A stretch of DNA of 32,000 bases from an uncultured Actinomycetes bacterium (GTDB lineage: Bacteria > Actinomycetota > Actinomycetes > S36-B12 > CAIYMF01): positions 1 to 32,000 of the forward strand of contig CAWJMG010000003.1 of assembly GCA_963843975.1 (NCBI GenBank), given 5' to 3'. The notes beneath the pieces are model-generated. The model searched no databases, was not told the origin of the DNA, and was given only the letters and a program-made list of their open reading frames with translations. Shown one piece after another: positions 9,001 through 16,131 of this stretch. Numbering within the stretch: position 1 is the stretch's first letter; every line of letters begins with the position of its first letter. Position numbers and translations under genes: made by a program.

Positions 9001-12000
9001 CCATGGTCCGCCCCACCGACTCGATGTCCCGCGAGCGGTACTACGACAGCGCGGGCGCGCAGACCCGGTTCCGGCACACGTCCACCGTGTTCGACTCCAC
9101 CTACGGCGTGCCCACGAAGGTCACCGACTTCGGCGACACCGCCTCGAGCACGGACACGACCTGCACGACGATCGACTACGTCCAGAACGCCGCGGCGTGG
9201 ATCATCGACAAGCAGGTCGAGACCACCACCGTCGACGGAGCCTGCGGCGCCGGGACCGTCGTGGGGCACACCAAGACGTACTACGACGGCGCCGCATCGA
9301 ACCTGACCGCGCCGACGGTCGGGAACGTCACGAAGTCGTTGAGCTACATCAACGGCACGGACACGACCTCGACGGTGATGGCGTACGACACGTACGGGCG
9401 CGTCGTGCGCACCAACCAGACCCTGGACGCGACGGCGACCGGCACGCCCCCGACGGGCCCGGTCGCCACCGACGGGTGGGCCACCACCCGCATCGCGTAC
9501 ACCCCGGCGTCGGGGCCCGGGTCGCCGACGCAGATCGACACCACGAACGACCTGGGCCAGGTGTCCAGCGTCAGCCCCGACGGCACCCGCGGCCTGCCGC
9601 TGTCCGAGCGCAAGGCCACCGGCACCACCACGCCGACCACGTCGTACCAGACCTCCTACGCCTACGACCCGCTCGGGCGGCTCACCGAGGTGTACCTGAA
9701 GTCCTCGACCAAGCCGTCGTACAAGTTCGCCTACTTCGATTGGAACACCGCCGGCGAGATCGCCCACGTGATAACCAGCGTGCTGACCGACGACACCGGC
9801 GCCGGGACGTACATCGACTCGGCGGACTACTACGACGGCCTGGGCCGCATCCGCGAGCACCAGGTCGAGTCCCCGGCCCAGTACACCGTCACCAAGCGGA
9901 TCATCAGCGCCACCCGGTACGACAACGAGGGCCGCGTCGCCGCCACGACGGCGGGCATCAACTCGTCGGTCGCGGTGGGCGGGTCGATGTACAACCCGGA
10001 CCCGGCCACCACGCCGTCCGAGACCCGGTACGTCTACGACGAGCAGGGACAGACCGTCTCCACGAACCTGTACTCCAGCGGCAGCTTCGAGTTCGCGACC
10101 AGCACCGCGACGTACTACGGCGACCACACGTCGGTCGTCACCCCGAAGAACGCCGCGACCGACTACGGCAAGGTCACCACCTACACCGACGTGTTCGGCA
10201 ACCCCACCTCGGTCCAGGAGGTCCTGCCCGGCTCGGTCGTGCACACGGTCGACTACGGCTACGACGCGCTGCACCGGCTCACCTCTGTCGCCACCAAGGC
10301 GGCCGCCGGCGCGCCCACGACGACGGCCTCGACCAGCTACGACCGCCTCGGGCGGGTCACCGGCAGCAGCGACCCGGACGCCGGATCCACCGCGAACACC
10401 TACGACTTCGGCGGGCGCCTGCTGGTCTCGGCCACCGCGGGCCTGCGGACCGTCACGACCTCCTACGACTCCCTCGGGCGGCCCAAGACCCGTACCTCGG
10501 CCGTAGCCGGGGCCGGCAGCAGCAGCAACACCTGGACCTACGACGCCGCGTTCCCGGGCTCGCTGGACGCCCAGTCAACCGTCGCCTACGCCAAGACGGG
10601 CGCCGCGGGGAACCCGGTCGTCGCGTCCGGGCTGCTCGCCACACCCGCCGACCGCACCTACACCGTCGCGTACAGCAACTACGACTCGCTGCAGCGCCCC
10701 CAGACCACGACCTACACCCTGCCCATCAACGAGGGCGCCCTGGGCCGCAGCTACGTCTTCGGCACCAGTTGGGACAAGGCCGGACGGGTGTCGTCGGTCG
10801 CCTCGCCCGCGGTCGGGCCGCTGCCGGCCGAGACGATCTCGTACGCGTACGACGCCAACGGGTACCCGACCACCGTCACCGGCACATACACCGCGACGAC
10901 GGCGTACACGACCCCGTACGTGCAGAACCTGAGCTACACCCCGACCGGTCAGCTTCAGACCGCGTCCCTCGGATCGGCGACCGGCGCCACGAACCTGGAC
11001 ACGACGGTCGCGGTCAACTACGGCTACGCCACCGACACGCTCTGGCTGAACCACACCGACGTCAAGATCGGCGCCGCAGGGAACGGCCTGTACCTGGCCA
11101 ACCAGGACATCACCTACGACTACGCGGGTCTCCCGACCGAGATCACCGACTCCGCGCCCGGCGTCGGCCAGACCGAGTGCTACCGCTACGACACCCAGCA
11201 GCGCCTGACCGCGTACTACACGCAGTCGGCCGCCCTGTGCGCCACCTCCGGCACGGACGCCTCGGTCGTCAACAATGCGAACGTCACATCGACGGCCGGT
11301 CCCGACGGGTACGCCGCCCTCTATACCGTCGACTACCTCGGCCAGCTCACCGGCCTCACCGAGCGCCGTCCCGCCACCAAGACCGCGACCCAGGCCACCG
11401 CGATCGTCAGCAGTCTGACGCGCGGAGGCAGCCAGCCGCACGCTGTGACCGCCGTCGCCCGAACGATCGACGGCCTTGCCGCCCCGGGCCAGACCTACGT
11501 CTACGACGGCACCGGCCGCCAGACCACGAGGACCCTGCCGGCGAACAGCCGCACTCTCGGCGACATCGCCCACGGCGGCACCTCGAACCTCACCTACGAC
11601 GGGAACGGGCGCTGGCTGTCCTCCACGGACTCCGACCCCGCCGTCCCGGCGACCGGCGTCCGCACCACCGGCTACATCTACGACGCCAACGGCACCCTGC
11701 TGGCCCGTCACGACGACGACGCTGGCGACGACCTCGCCGCTACCGGCGCCCGCCCGGGCGGGCAGCGCACTCTCTGGCTAGGCACGGGCGGATCGGCCGG
11801 CATCGGCGCCACCGGGATGGCCGGCACGGGCGGGCTGCAGATCCAGACAACCCGCAAGCCCGGAGCCACCCCGACCACGGCCGGCACCGCCAGCGCCGTC
11901 GACCCTGCCCAGCAACTGCTGACCGTGTCGCGAGCCATCGTGGCCCCCGTTCTCGCCAACGGGGCGCCGCTGCAGGTGGCCACCCACACGGCCAGTGCGC

Positions 12001-13367
12001 TGCTGTCGGCCTCCACCGCGAGCGGCGTCGTCACCCAGGCGGCCACGCCTGCCACCGGCAGGATCTGGTTCACCGTCGGCGACGCCCACGCCTCCCTCGG
12101 CGGCGCCGGCACCCCGGGCATCACCGTCGCAGGCAATGGGGCGAACACGGACGCTGCTTCACCCCAATCCCAGATGGTCACTGTCGCCGGAGCCAGCATC
12201 GCCGCCTGGCCCTCCGGGGCCTCAGGCGCAAGCGCCACCGTCGCCGGGACAGTCGGCATCCGGCGCACAACGCCGTACGGCGCCGACCGCACAGCACCCG
12301 CCACCGCGGCACCGCTGACAGGCACGATCGGAGCCACGGGTACGGCCAACACCAAGACCAACACTGCCGGCGGGATCGGCGCGCTCGGCTTCCTCAACGC
12401 GTCGGAGACCACCAACGGTGCCGAGGATGGACCCGTCCTGCCCGGCGCCGCGACGCTCGCCGGCAGCGGCTACGCGACCACCGGACTCGTTCAACTCGGC
12501 GCGCGCGGCTACGACCCAGCCCTGGGAGTCTTCACAGCGCCAGACCCACTCTCTAACCCGCTCAACCCCTCCGACGCCGGGTCCTACACCTACGCCAACT
12601 CCCGGGTTGGCATCTCCACCGATCCGACCGGGCTGCGTCCGCTGGAATGCACGGGCTCGTGCAACACCAACTACCACAAGTCCGTCAACAAGGGCCGTGA
12701 GCAGCGCAAGGAGTCGGAGGATGCCTCAGGTGGTGCTCAGGCTGCGCGCCATTTCAAGCTTCCTGTTGAGGACCAGGTCCAGAACGTCGAGCCGCAGGAA
12801 GGTCTCTCTGCCTGGCAATGGGCGGGAATCATCCTCGTTGCGGTCGTTGTCGTAGTCGTCGTTGTCGTCGCCTGCAATGCCTTCTGTGCGGCTCTAGGAG
12901 CGGCCGCATTTGAGGGCCTTGTTGCGGCCCAAACCACTGCCGTAGGTGGTGCGGCCATCTCCGCAGCCACACTGGGGAGCAAGGTCGCCGTGGACAGTTT
13001 TGGCGGGCAAGCTTCGGTTGCTGGAGCTGGTGCTGCCGCCCTCCGAACCACTGCCGCACAAGGCGCCGCCGACGATTGGCCAATCATCAGTGGGATCGTT
13101 CGAGACGCGACGAAGGGCAAGGGGAACTATGGACTTGGGTCTGGGACTGCATCCCAGGCTGAACGGGCAGGACAGGCCTGGGTTGGTGAGGGGCACAGAG
13201 TGGCCAGCGACGCCAAGACGCTAATCAGCCTGGACGGACTACGCCAGTTCCGGCCACCGAGTTTCAAGCCGAGTCTGGACTCCTGGCAGGCGAATTTTGA
13301 GCGGCGGTGGACCCCCGGAGGTCAGTGGCAGGGCAACGGTCACCTCGACGTAACGGACGTCTCGTGA
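6006..13367 (+). CDS. Secreted RHS/YD-repeat polymorphic toxin, WapA-like, with an SpvB/TcB-like N-terminal region and a variable C-terminal toxin module (about 2450 aa)
   Basis: The start is GTG 6006 (gggggt RBS) or ATG 6063. Signal peptide: MRVTWVSLASGALCVSLVAGIPDAVLATAQA/AD. SpvB-like motif: SMSYDYPLVLPPATGGATPRVALSYSSGSVDG...GLGWDF. There are about 15 YD repeats, for example YAYDPLGRLTEV, YYDGLGRIREH, YGYDALHRLTSV and YVYDGTGRQTT. RHS core end: RGYDPALGVFTAPDPL...YANSRVGISTDPTGL. Confidence 0.93.
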   Translation: MTVRRSRVVSALGHLSRRGMRVTWVSLASGALCVSLVAGIPDAVLATAQAADAAKAVETPSPAVSVPLVGAKDVLGADDRAAEAFLSTKRPAPVFPAAGTAMVEVPAAGTAPADAVGLPVTVGFPDPELIKKLGVEDLLTADAAATQGEPVSRTDPFTPPASVSSTTTSTTADPLPVQTTVSGKPLPGDTPPVVPDPPTGPPDINATAPAGAVTPSAPTAVQVEVLDRKTSEGLGVSGFAFLARRADKGATSGPVTVTLDASGFADAYGAGYLDRLQVLRFPECALAPDALVSVPECGATSVIPSVVDRKARTVTLVLPAAADPSVPAAPLTPAPDPVDPGPTAPTAPATPLAPAALDSTTIEPAAATTVDMAAVVSGSSGVFALTAGVSSSTGSFAATSLNAAGSWSAGGNSGSMSYDYPLVLPPATGGATPRVALSYSSGSVDGMTPANNTQASWAGLGWDFVPGFIERKYLSCSLDGHPGYSDLCWKTWNATLSLGGASYPLIPDASDSTHTNWFVRDNPGYEVHRAVSGLADPNQSTTKEFWVVTTPDGTQYTFGRGYGQSTTDPTNSTFTVPTFSDDPGEPSYSSSGWTAGQVSAQPWRWNLDRVVDPNGNVTRYYYLKESNRYSKLGNSSWPIVYTSGGLLDRIEYGSQSGSEASFGQEVDFNRQYRCTALDASCTAPTKNATGYPDVPTDLICPISTVCSESSPSFFDTKRISSVTTRAIKDAVWRNLDTYTFTHSWLSPADSIPQLWLNKIQRTGFDGAASKNQRPVLFNGVALANRADSGGSVLPASFYRISMVTDEVGAETSFTYNQPDPCATFSGWNDNAQDCYPVYWTPDGLPSGWGAFNKWILSAVSVHDSTTGSPDIVTTYTYSNGGAWHHNDDPVIDGTPLTTWDQWRGYSTVKATTGSGAGRTSVKTRYYRGMDGDKLTSTTTKSVSVVDADGTTTTVDKDILAGKVRETQSFDTANAEIDGSVTSYTLYNVKFGGTEWPDSAMVRPTDSMSRERYYDSAGAQTRFRHTSTVFDSTYGVPTKVTDFGDTASSTDTTCTTIDYVQNAAAWIIDKQVETTTVDGACGAGTVVGHTKTYYDGAASNLTAPTVGNVTKSLSYINGTDTTSTVMAYDTYGRVVRTNQTLDATATGTPPTGPVATDGWATTRIAYTPASGPGSPTQIDTTNDLGQVSSVSPDGTRGLPLSERKATGTTTPTTSYQTSYAYDPLGRLTEVYLKSSTKPSYKFAYFDWNTAGEIAHVITSVLTDDTGAGTYIDSADYYDGLGRIREHQVESPAQYTVTKRIISATRYDNEGRVAATTAGINSSVAVGGSMYNPDPATTPSETRYVYDEQGQTVSTNLYSSGSFEFATSTATYYGDHTSVVTPKNAATDYGKVTTYTDVFGNPTSVQEVLPGSVVHTVDYGYDALHRLTSVATKAAAGAPTTTASTSYDRLGRVTGSSDPDAGSTANTYDFGGRLLVSATAGLRTVTTSYDSLGRPKTRTSAVAGAGSSSNTWTYDAAFPGSLDAQSTVAYAKTGAAGNPVVASGLLATPADRTYTVAYSNYDSLQRPQTTTYTLPINEGALGRSYVFGTSWDKAGRVSSVASPAVGPLPAETISYAYDANGYPTTVTGTYTATTAYTTPYVQNLSYTPTGQLQTASLGSATGATNLDTTVAVNYGYATDTLWLNHTDVKIGAAGNGLYLANQDITYDYAGLPTEITDSAPGVGQTECYRYDTQQRLTAYYTQSAALCATSGTDASVVNNANVTSTAGPDGYAALYTVDYLGQLTGLTERRPATKTATQATAIVSSLTRGGSQPHAVTAVARTIDGLAAPGQTYVYDGTGRQTTRTLPANSRTLGDIAHGGTSNLTYDGNGRWLSSTDSDPAVPATGVRTTGYIYDANGTLLARHDDDAGDDLAATGARPGGQRTLWLGTGGSAGIGATGMAGTGGLQIQTTRKPGATPTTAGTASAVDPAQQLLTVSRAIVAPVLANGAPLQVATHTASALLSASTASGVVTQAATPATGRIWFTVGDAHASLGGAGTPGITVAGNGANTDAASPQSQMVTVAGASIAAWPSGASGASATVAGTVGIRRTTPYGADRTAPATAAPLTGTIGATGTANTKTNTAGGIGALGFLNASETTNGAEDGPVLPGAATLAGSGYATTGLVQLGARGYDPALGVFTAPDPLSNPLNPSDAGSYTYANSRVGISTDPTGLRPLECTGSCNTNYHKSVNKGREQRKESEDASGGAQAARHFKLPVEDQVQNVEPQEGLSAWQWAGIILVAVVVVVVVVVACNAFCAALGAAAFEGLVAAQTTAVGGAAISAATLGSKVAVDSFGGQASVAGAGAAALRTTAAQGAADDWPIISGIVRDATKGKGNYGLGSGTASQAERAGQAWVGEGHRVASDAKTLISLDGLRQFRPPSFKPSLDSWQANFERRWTPGGQWQGNGHLDVTDVS
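12636..13364 (+). other. C-terminal toxin (CT) module of the RHS protein after DPTGL: charged linker, hydrophobic poly-Val/Gly-Ala segment, and a terminal domain of about 110 aa from an unrecognised family
   Basis: GC falls to about 60% and A/T-ending codons (gtt, gta, aat, tgt, cta, gga, ttt, caa, act, agt) appear exactly after gat ccg acc ggg ctg (12621-12635). Hydrophobic segment: WAGIILVAVVVVVVVVVACNAFCAALGAAAFEGLVAA. Terminal domain: GNYGLGSGTASQAERAGQAWVGEGH...DGLRQFRPPSFKP...QANFERRW...NGHLDV. Confidence 0.7.
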
Positions 13368-13717
13368 AAGCCAAGGTGCGTCGTCTCCACAGTCCTGACG
13401 CTGACCTCGCTACGTTTGTTCCGGCCGATCCGAGCGACTTCGGAGTATTGCTCCAGATAATGGCGGGCCCGGCCGACAAGCCCGGCGAGGAGTCCTTCGA
13501 CGTCGTGGTGTGCACTCCACGCTGGCTAGGTCGCTGGATCGAGGAGAACGGTCCGACGGTCGGACGCCACTACCTGGTCGTGACCGAATACGACGAGCCG
13601 CGGATCAGGGCCTTCCTCACGGAAGCGGTGGAGTCTCCAGAAGCCGAGACCTGGCCGGAACTGGCGCTGCAAATCGGTCGGGTGGGGAAGTGGGAGTTCG
13701 AGGACTATCGACCCTGA
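13364..13717 (+). CDS. Putative cognate immunity protein (117 aa), possibly Imm8-like
   Basis: The GTG start overlaps the RHS stop (GTGA, 13364-13367). Protein: VKAKVRRLHSPDADLATFVPADPSDFGVLLQIMAGPADKPGEESFDVVVCTPRWL...WEFEDYRP. It is small, acidic and cytoplasmic-looking. GC is lower than the host. From memory, the FxxxVCTPxWL pattern resembles Pfam Imm8; this is unverified. Confidence 0.7.
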   Translation: MKAKVRRLHSPDADLATFVPADPSDFGVLLQIMAGPADKPGEESFDVVVCTPRWLGRWIEENGPTVGRHYLVVTEYDEPRIRAFLTEAVESPEAETWPELALQIGRVGKWEFEDYRP

Positions 13718-14000
13718 CCGTTTCCGGCGGCTCGAGAGGGGGCGGGTGAGGCGCGCGCAAGTCCAGGCCGCAGGTAAGGATGGCGAGGCTGGCGTGCGAA
13801 AACACTCTTCGGCGACTGGGGCTCTGTGACCGCCAGGTATCGACCACCCTGCCCGCGTCACCTCGTAGTGGGACGAGGTCCCGCGCACGACCTCGGGCTC
13901 GATGTCGCAACTGAGTGCTGACTGGCCTCACATTCGAGGCTCTGGTCGGCATCCGCGACGCTCGGGGGCTGTAGTGCCCAGCCGAGAAGGGAGGCGCACG

Positions 14001-14453
14001 ATGAGTGAGTACGATCGGATACGACTCGGCCGCCAAATTCTGGACGAAGCCCTTCAATCGCTCGCCATGCCGGTCGCAGCCCTGAATCCGGATTTCGAAT
14101 TGAGGTCAGCGAGTCCAGGGGTGCGACTGTATGCCCTTCTGCTCAAGCCGGGCGTCGCCCCATTCAGCTTTCACTTCGGGCACGAGTTGGACGTTTGGGT
14201 TGGTCCGTTCTCTGAACTCGTTGTGTTGGATGTTGCCGAGCTGCAACCGTCCGATTTGGTTGAACGCGTTCGGGCTCTGTTGGTGAGCGAGGTGCGATAT
14301 GTGCGCTCGGGGAAGACGCATCGATTGCGTCTCCAGGTTCCGGGTGGCCAGCCTTGGGTGGACTTGAAAGTTCGTAGTGTGAGCGAAAGTTCTCTGCTTC
14401 CCTACTACGAGGCGTACGCAGGTCGACGCCTCGACGAGTCAGGTCCGACGTAG
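14001..14453 (+). CDS. Hypothetical protein (150 aa); candidate orphan immunity protein
   Basis: ATG at 14001 is preceded by a strong RBS gaagggagg (13985-13993). GC is about 58-60% against about 72% background. I recognise no family. Its position downstream of an RHS toxin-immunity pair is typical of orphan immunity genes. Confidence 0.55.
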   Translation: MSEYDRIRLGRQILDEALQSLAMPVAALNPDFELRSASPGVRLYALLLKPGVAPFSFHFGHELDVWVGPFSELVVLDVAELQPSDLVERVRALLVSEVRYVRSGKTHRLRLQVPGGQPWVDLKVRSVSESSLLPYYEAYAGRRLDESGPT

Positions 14454-14649
14454 CCGCTGAGGCAACTGCCAGGGCCGGAGAAGGCCCGGCGACAGCTGGG
14501 CCGCAAGCCCACTGACTTGACCCGTCAGGTGGACGCACCACCGGTTGCCCGGCGCCCCGATGGGATGGCTGCTGATTCCGCCGATTGCCTGCCACCGTCC
14601 AACGGATGGACGTCGTGGCGCATGGCAAGCATCGGCACCTACATTGCGC

Positions 14650-15846
14650 TCACTTGCCATTCTGCGACGCAGTCCGGTGAGGAACGTCGCGAATGCCTGG
14701 CCGTTCTCGGCTGGCCAGCATGTATAGCTCCATCTTGCTCCGCCCCTCCTCGAAGCGCTCTCGCATGAGGTGCGTGTAGATCTCCGCCGTCAATGTCGGG
14801 GACTTGTGCCCGAGCCGCTGCTGCACTTCGAAGATCGTCAGGCCGGCATCGAACATGAGCGATGCCGCCGTGTGCCGAAGCGTTAGCCAAGTGACTCGTC
14901 GCCCCTCCAGGCCGGCGCGCACCACGGCTTTACGCAGGACGTCCCTGGAGAAGGTTCCGCGCAGCACGTTGGTTTCGCGGTTGCTCGTGAACACGAAGTC
15001 TTCGCGTGCGGCGTTCGGTCGATACTCCTCGAGGTGCGCCAGAAGGCTGTCCATGACCAAGCCCGGCACGGGGACGGTGCGCGAATCCTCCGTCTTGGAC
15101 ATCGCTTCCGAGAAAGTCGTGGAGCCGTTCTGGTTGACGACGACTCTGCCGAAAGTGAGCTCCTTGCGGAGCGGGTTGATGTCACATACCCGCAAGCCGA
15201 TGGCTTCGTTCCAGCGAGGGCCGAGCCAGGCGCCCATGAACACAAGCGCCTCGTAGCGACCGTTGGTCTTCAGCGCGGCGTAACGCGGATCGGGGTCGAC
15301 AATCGCCGCCACCAAGCGGTCGACCTCTTGCGCAGTCAAGACGTCGTCGAAGTTCTTACGAAGGCTGGGCAGCTTGGGGAGGGCGATGTCGATGCACGGG
15401 TCGTCGATGATGCGGTCCTTCACCGCTCGGCGCAGTGGACCGCGCAGAAGTCCGTAGCAGGCGCGCACCGACTGCGGCCCCATGCTCCGCGCGAGCTGAG
15501 CGACCCAGTCGTCGATGTCCGAGGGTCTTATGTCGCAGATGGGCCAGTCGCCCCAGTGGGGCAGCACGTGCTTCACGGCGCGCTGGTCGTCGGTGTAGCG
15601 CCGGCTGGCGGATATCTGGCGCGCCGCAGCCCAGGGGGCGTAGTAGTCGGCGAAGCGGACCTCGCGCTTCTCGCGAGGGACGAAGCGTCCGCGGCGCAAC
15701 TCCATCTCAACCTCGGCCTTGCGGTCGAGAGCCGATTCGGGCGGTCGGCGCTGGGAGCCGCCGCGGAACCGCTCGGTGCGCTCGCTGCCGTCGCGCTCGC
15801 GGTAGCGCAGGTCCCAGCCGCCTGACCGGAAGCGGAGACTGGCCAC
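14650..15846 (-). CDS. int: Tyrosine recombinase / phage-type integrase
   Basis: VASLRFRSGGWDLRYRERDGSERTERF N-terminal arm-binding-type domain. Catalytic region: AWLGPRWNEAIGLRVCDI, TLRHTAASLMFDAG, QQRLGHKSPTLTAEIYTHL (R..HxxR..Y). The preferred start is GTG 15846 behind the RBS aagggagga. Alternatives are GTG 15876 or the ORF start at 15963. Confidence 0.9.
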   Translation of the reverse strand: MASLRFRSGGWDLRYRERDGSERTERFRGGSQRRPPESALDRKAEVEMELRRGRFVPREKREVRFADYYAPWAAARQISASRRYTDDQRAVKHVLPHWGDWPICDIRPSDIDDWVAQLARSMGPQSVRACYGLLRGPLRRAVKDRIIDDPCIDIALPKLPSLRKNFDDVLTAQEVDRLVAAIVDPDPRYAALKTNGRYEALVFMGAWLGPRWNEAIGLRVCDINPLRKELTFGRVVVNQNGSTTFSEAMSKTEDSRTVPVPGLVMDSLLAHLEEYRPNAAREDFVFTSNRETNVLRGTFSRDVLRKAVVRAGLEGRRVTWLTLRHTAASLMFDAGLTIFEVQQRLGHKSPTLTAEIYTHLMRERFEEGRSKMELYMLASRERPGIRDVPHRTASQNGK

Positions 15847-15863
15847 GGCTCCTCCCTTGAAGT

Positions 15864-15887
15864 TGATCTTGACCACATATTGACCAC
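15864..15887. promoter_or_regulatory. Candidate arm-type integrase sites in the int promoter / 5' region
   Basis: tgatcttgaccacatattgaccac differs at one base from 1417-1440 at the other end of the element. Confidence 0.5.
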
Positions 15888-15996
15888 GGAAGCGCCGACA
15901 TGAGCCGATAGGACGCGGCAGGAGCCGACAGTAAAAGCCCAGGTCAGAGGCCCATTCTCGCACTTCCGACGGATCCCGTGAAGGGGCTGGAATGCG

Positions 15997-16043
15997 CTCT
16001 CAAGGCGGTAGCGCGGGTTCGAATCCCGTCGGGGCTACGTGGA
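15997..16043 (+). repeat. attR core: orphan 3' half of tRNA-Glu (displaced original copy)
   Basis: Identical to 1322-1368. The upstream bases (aatgcg) do not form the 5' half of a tRNA. Confidence 0.9.
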
Positions 16044-16044
16044 C

Positions 16045-16082
16045 GAAGGCCCGGATCCCGTGGATCCGGGCCTTCTCGCTTG
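16045..16082 (+). terminator. Original chromosomal tRNA-Glu terminator hairpin
   Basis: Perfect 14-bp stem gaaggcccggatcc-cgt-ggatccgggccttc followed by tcgcttgt. Confidence 0.65.
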
Positions 16083-16131
16083 TCCGGTGGGACGGTGTTT
16101 CCGCGCCTGCCCCGCGGGTATCTCCCGTTCC

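Larger units (their letters stand above)
1322..16043. mobile_element. Integrative mobilizable element (about 14.7 kb) in tRNA-Glu: xis, frameshifted MobF relaxase, RHS toxin, two small immunity-like genes, int
   Basis: Bounded by a perfect 47-bp direct repeat. The integrase abuts the right repeat and the excisionase gene lies near the left one. The flanks are conserved core genes. GC and codon usage are atypical in the right third of the element. Confidence 0.85.

Noticed and set aside
8574-11711. Long antisense ORFs (566 aa at 8574..10274 and 378 aa at 10575..11711) opposite the RHS gene
   Set aside because: Their composition is the Arg/Gly/Val/Asp-rich mirror of the sense frame, with no start context or motifs. 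They are a stop-codon-scarcity artefact.
6854-12556. 1900-aa ORF in an alternative plus-strand frame inside the RHS gene
   Set aside because: The translation is Arg/Pro/Gly/His-rich low-complexity sequence with no motifs. It is a typical shadow ORF of a high-GC gene, while the RHS frame carries all recognisable domains.
14453-14650. Possible terminator or extra small gene between the orphan gene and the integrase 3' end
   Set aside because: Only a weak 5-bp stem (gggcc-ggagaa-ggccc) is present. The ORFs here (60-83 aa) are compositionally nonsense.
1369-16000. Possibility that the element is a self-transmissible ICE or AICE
   Set aside because: I found no FtsK/TraB-type translocase, VirD4-like coupling protein, VirB4 ATPase, Rep protein or other transfer genes in any frame. 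With only int, xis and a relaxase, it is at best mobilizable.
16039-16131. 5' extension of the CDGSH ORF to 16039
   Set aside because: It would start inside the att repeat and read through the 14-bp-stem terminator hairpin. ATG 16132 gives a normal protein.
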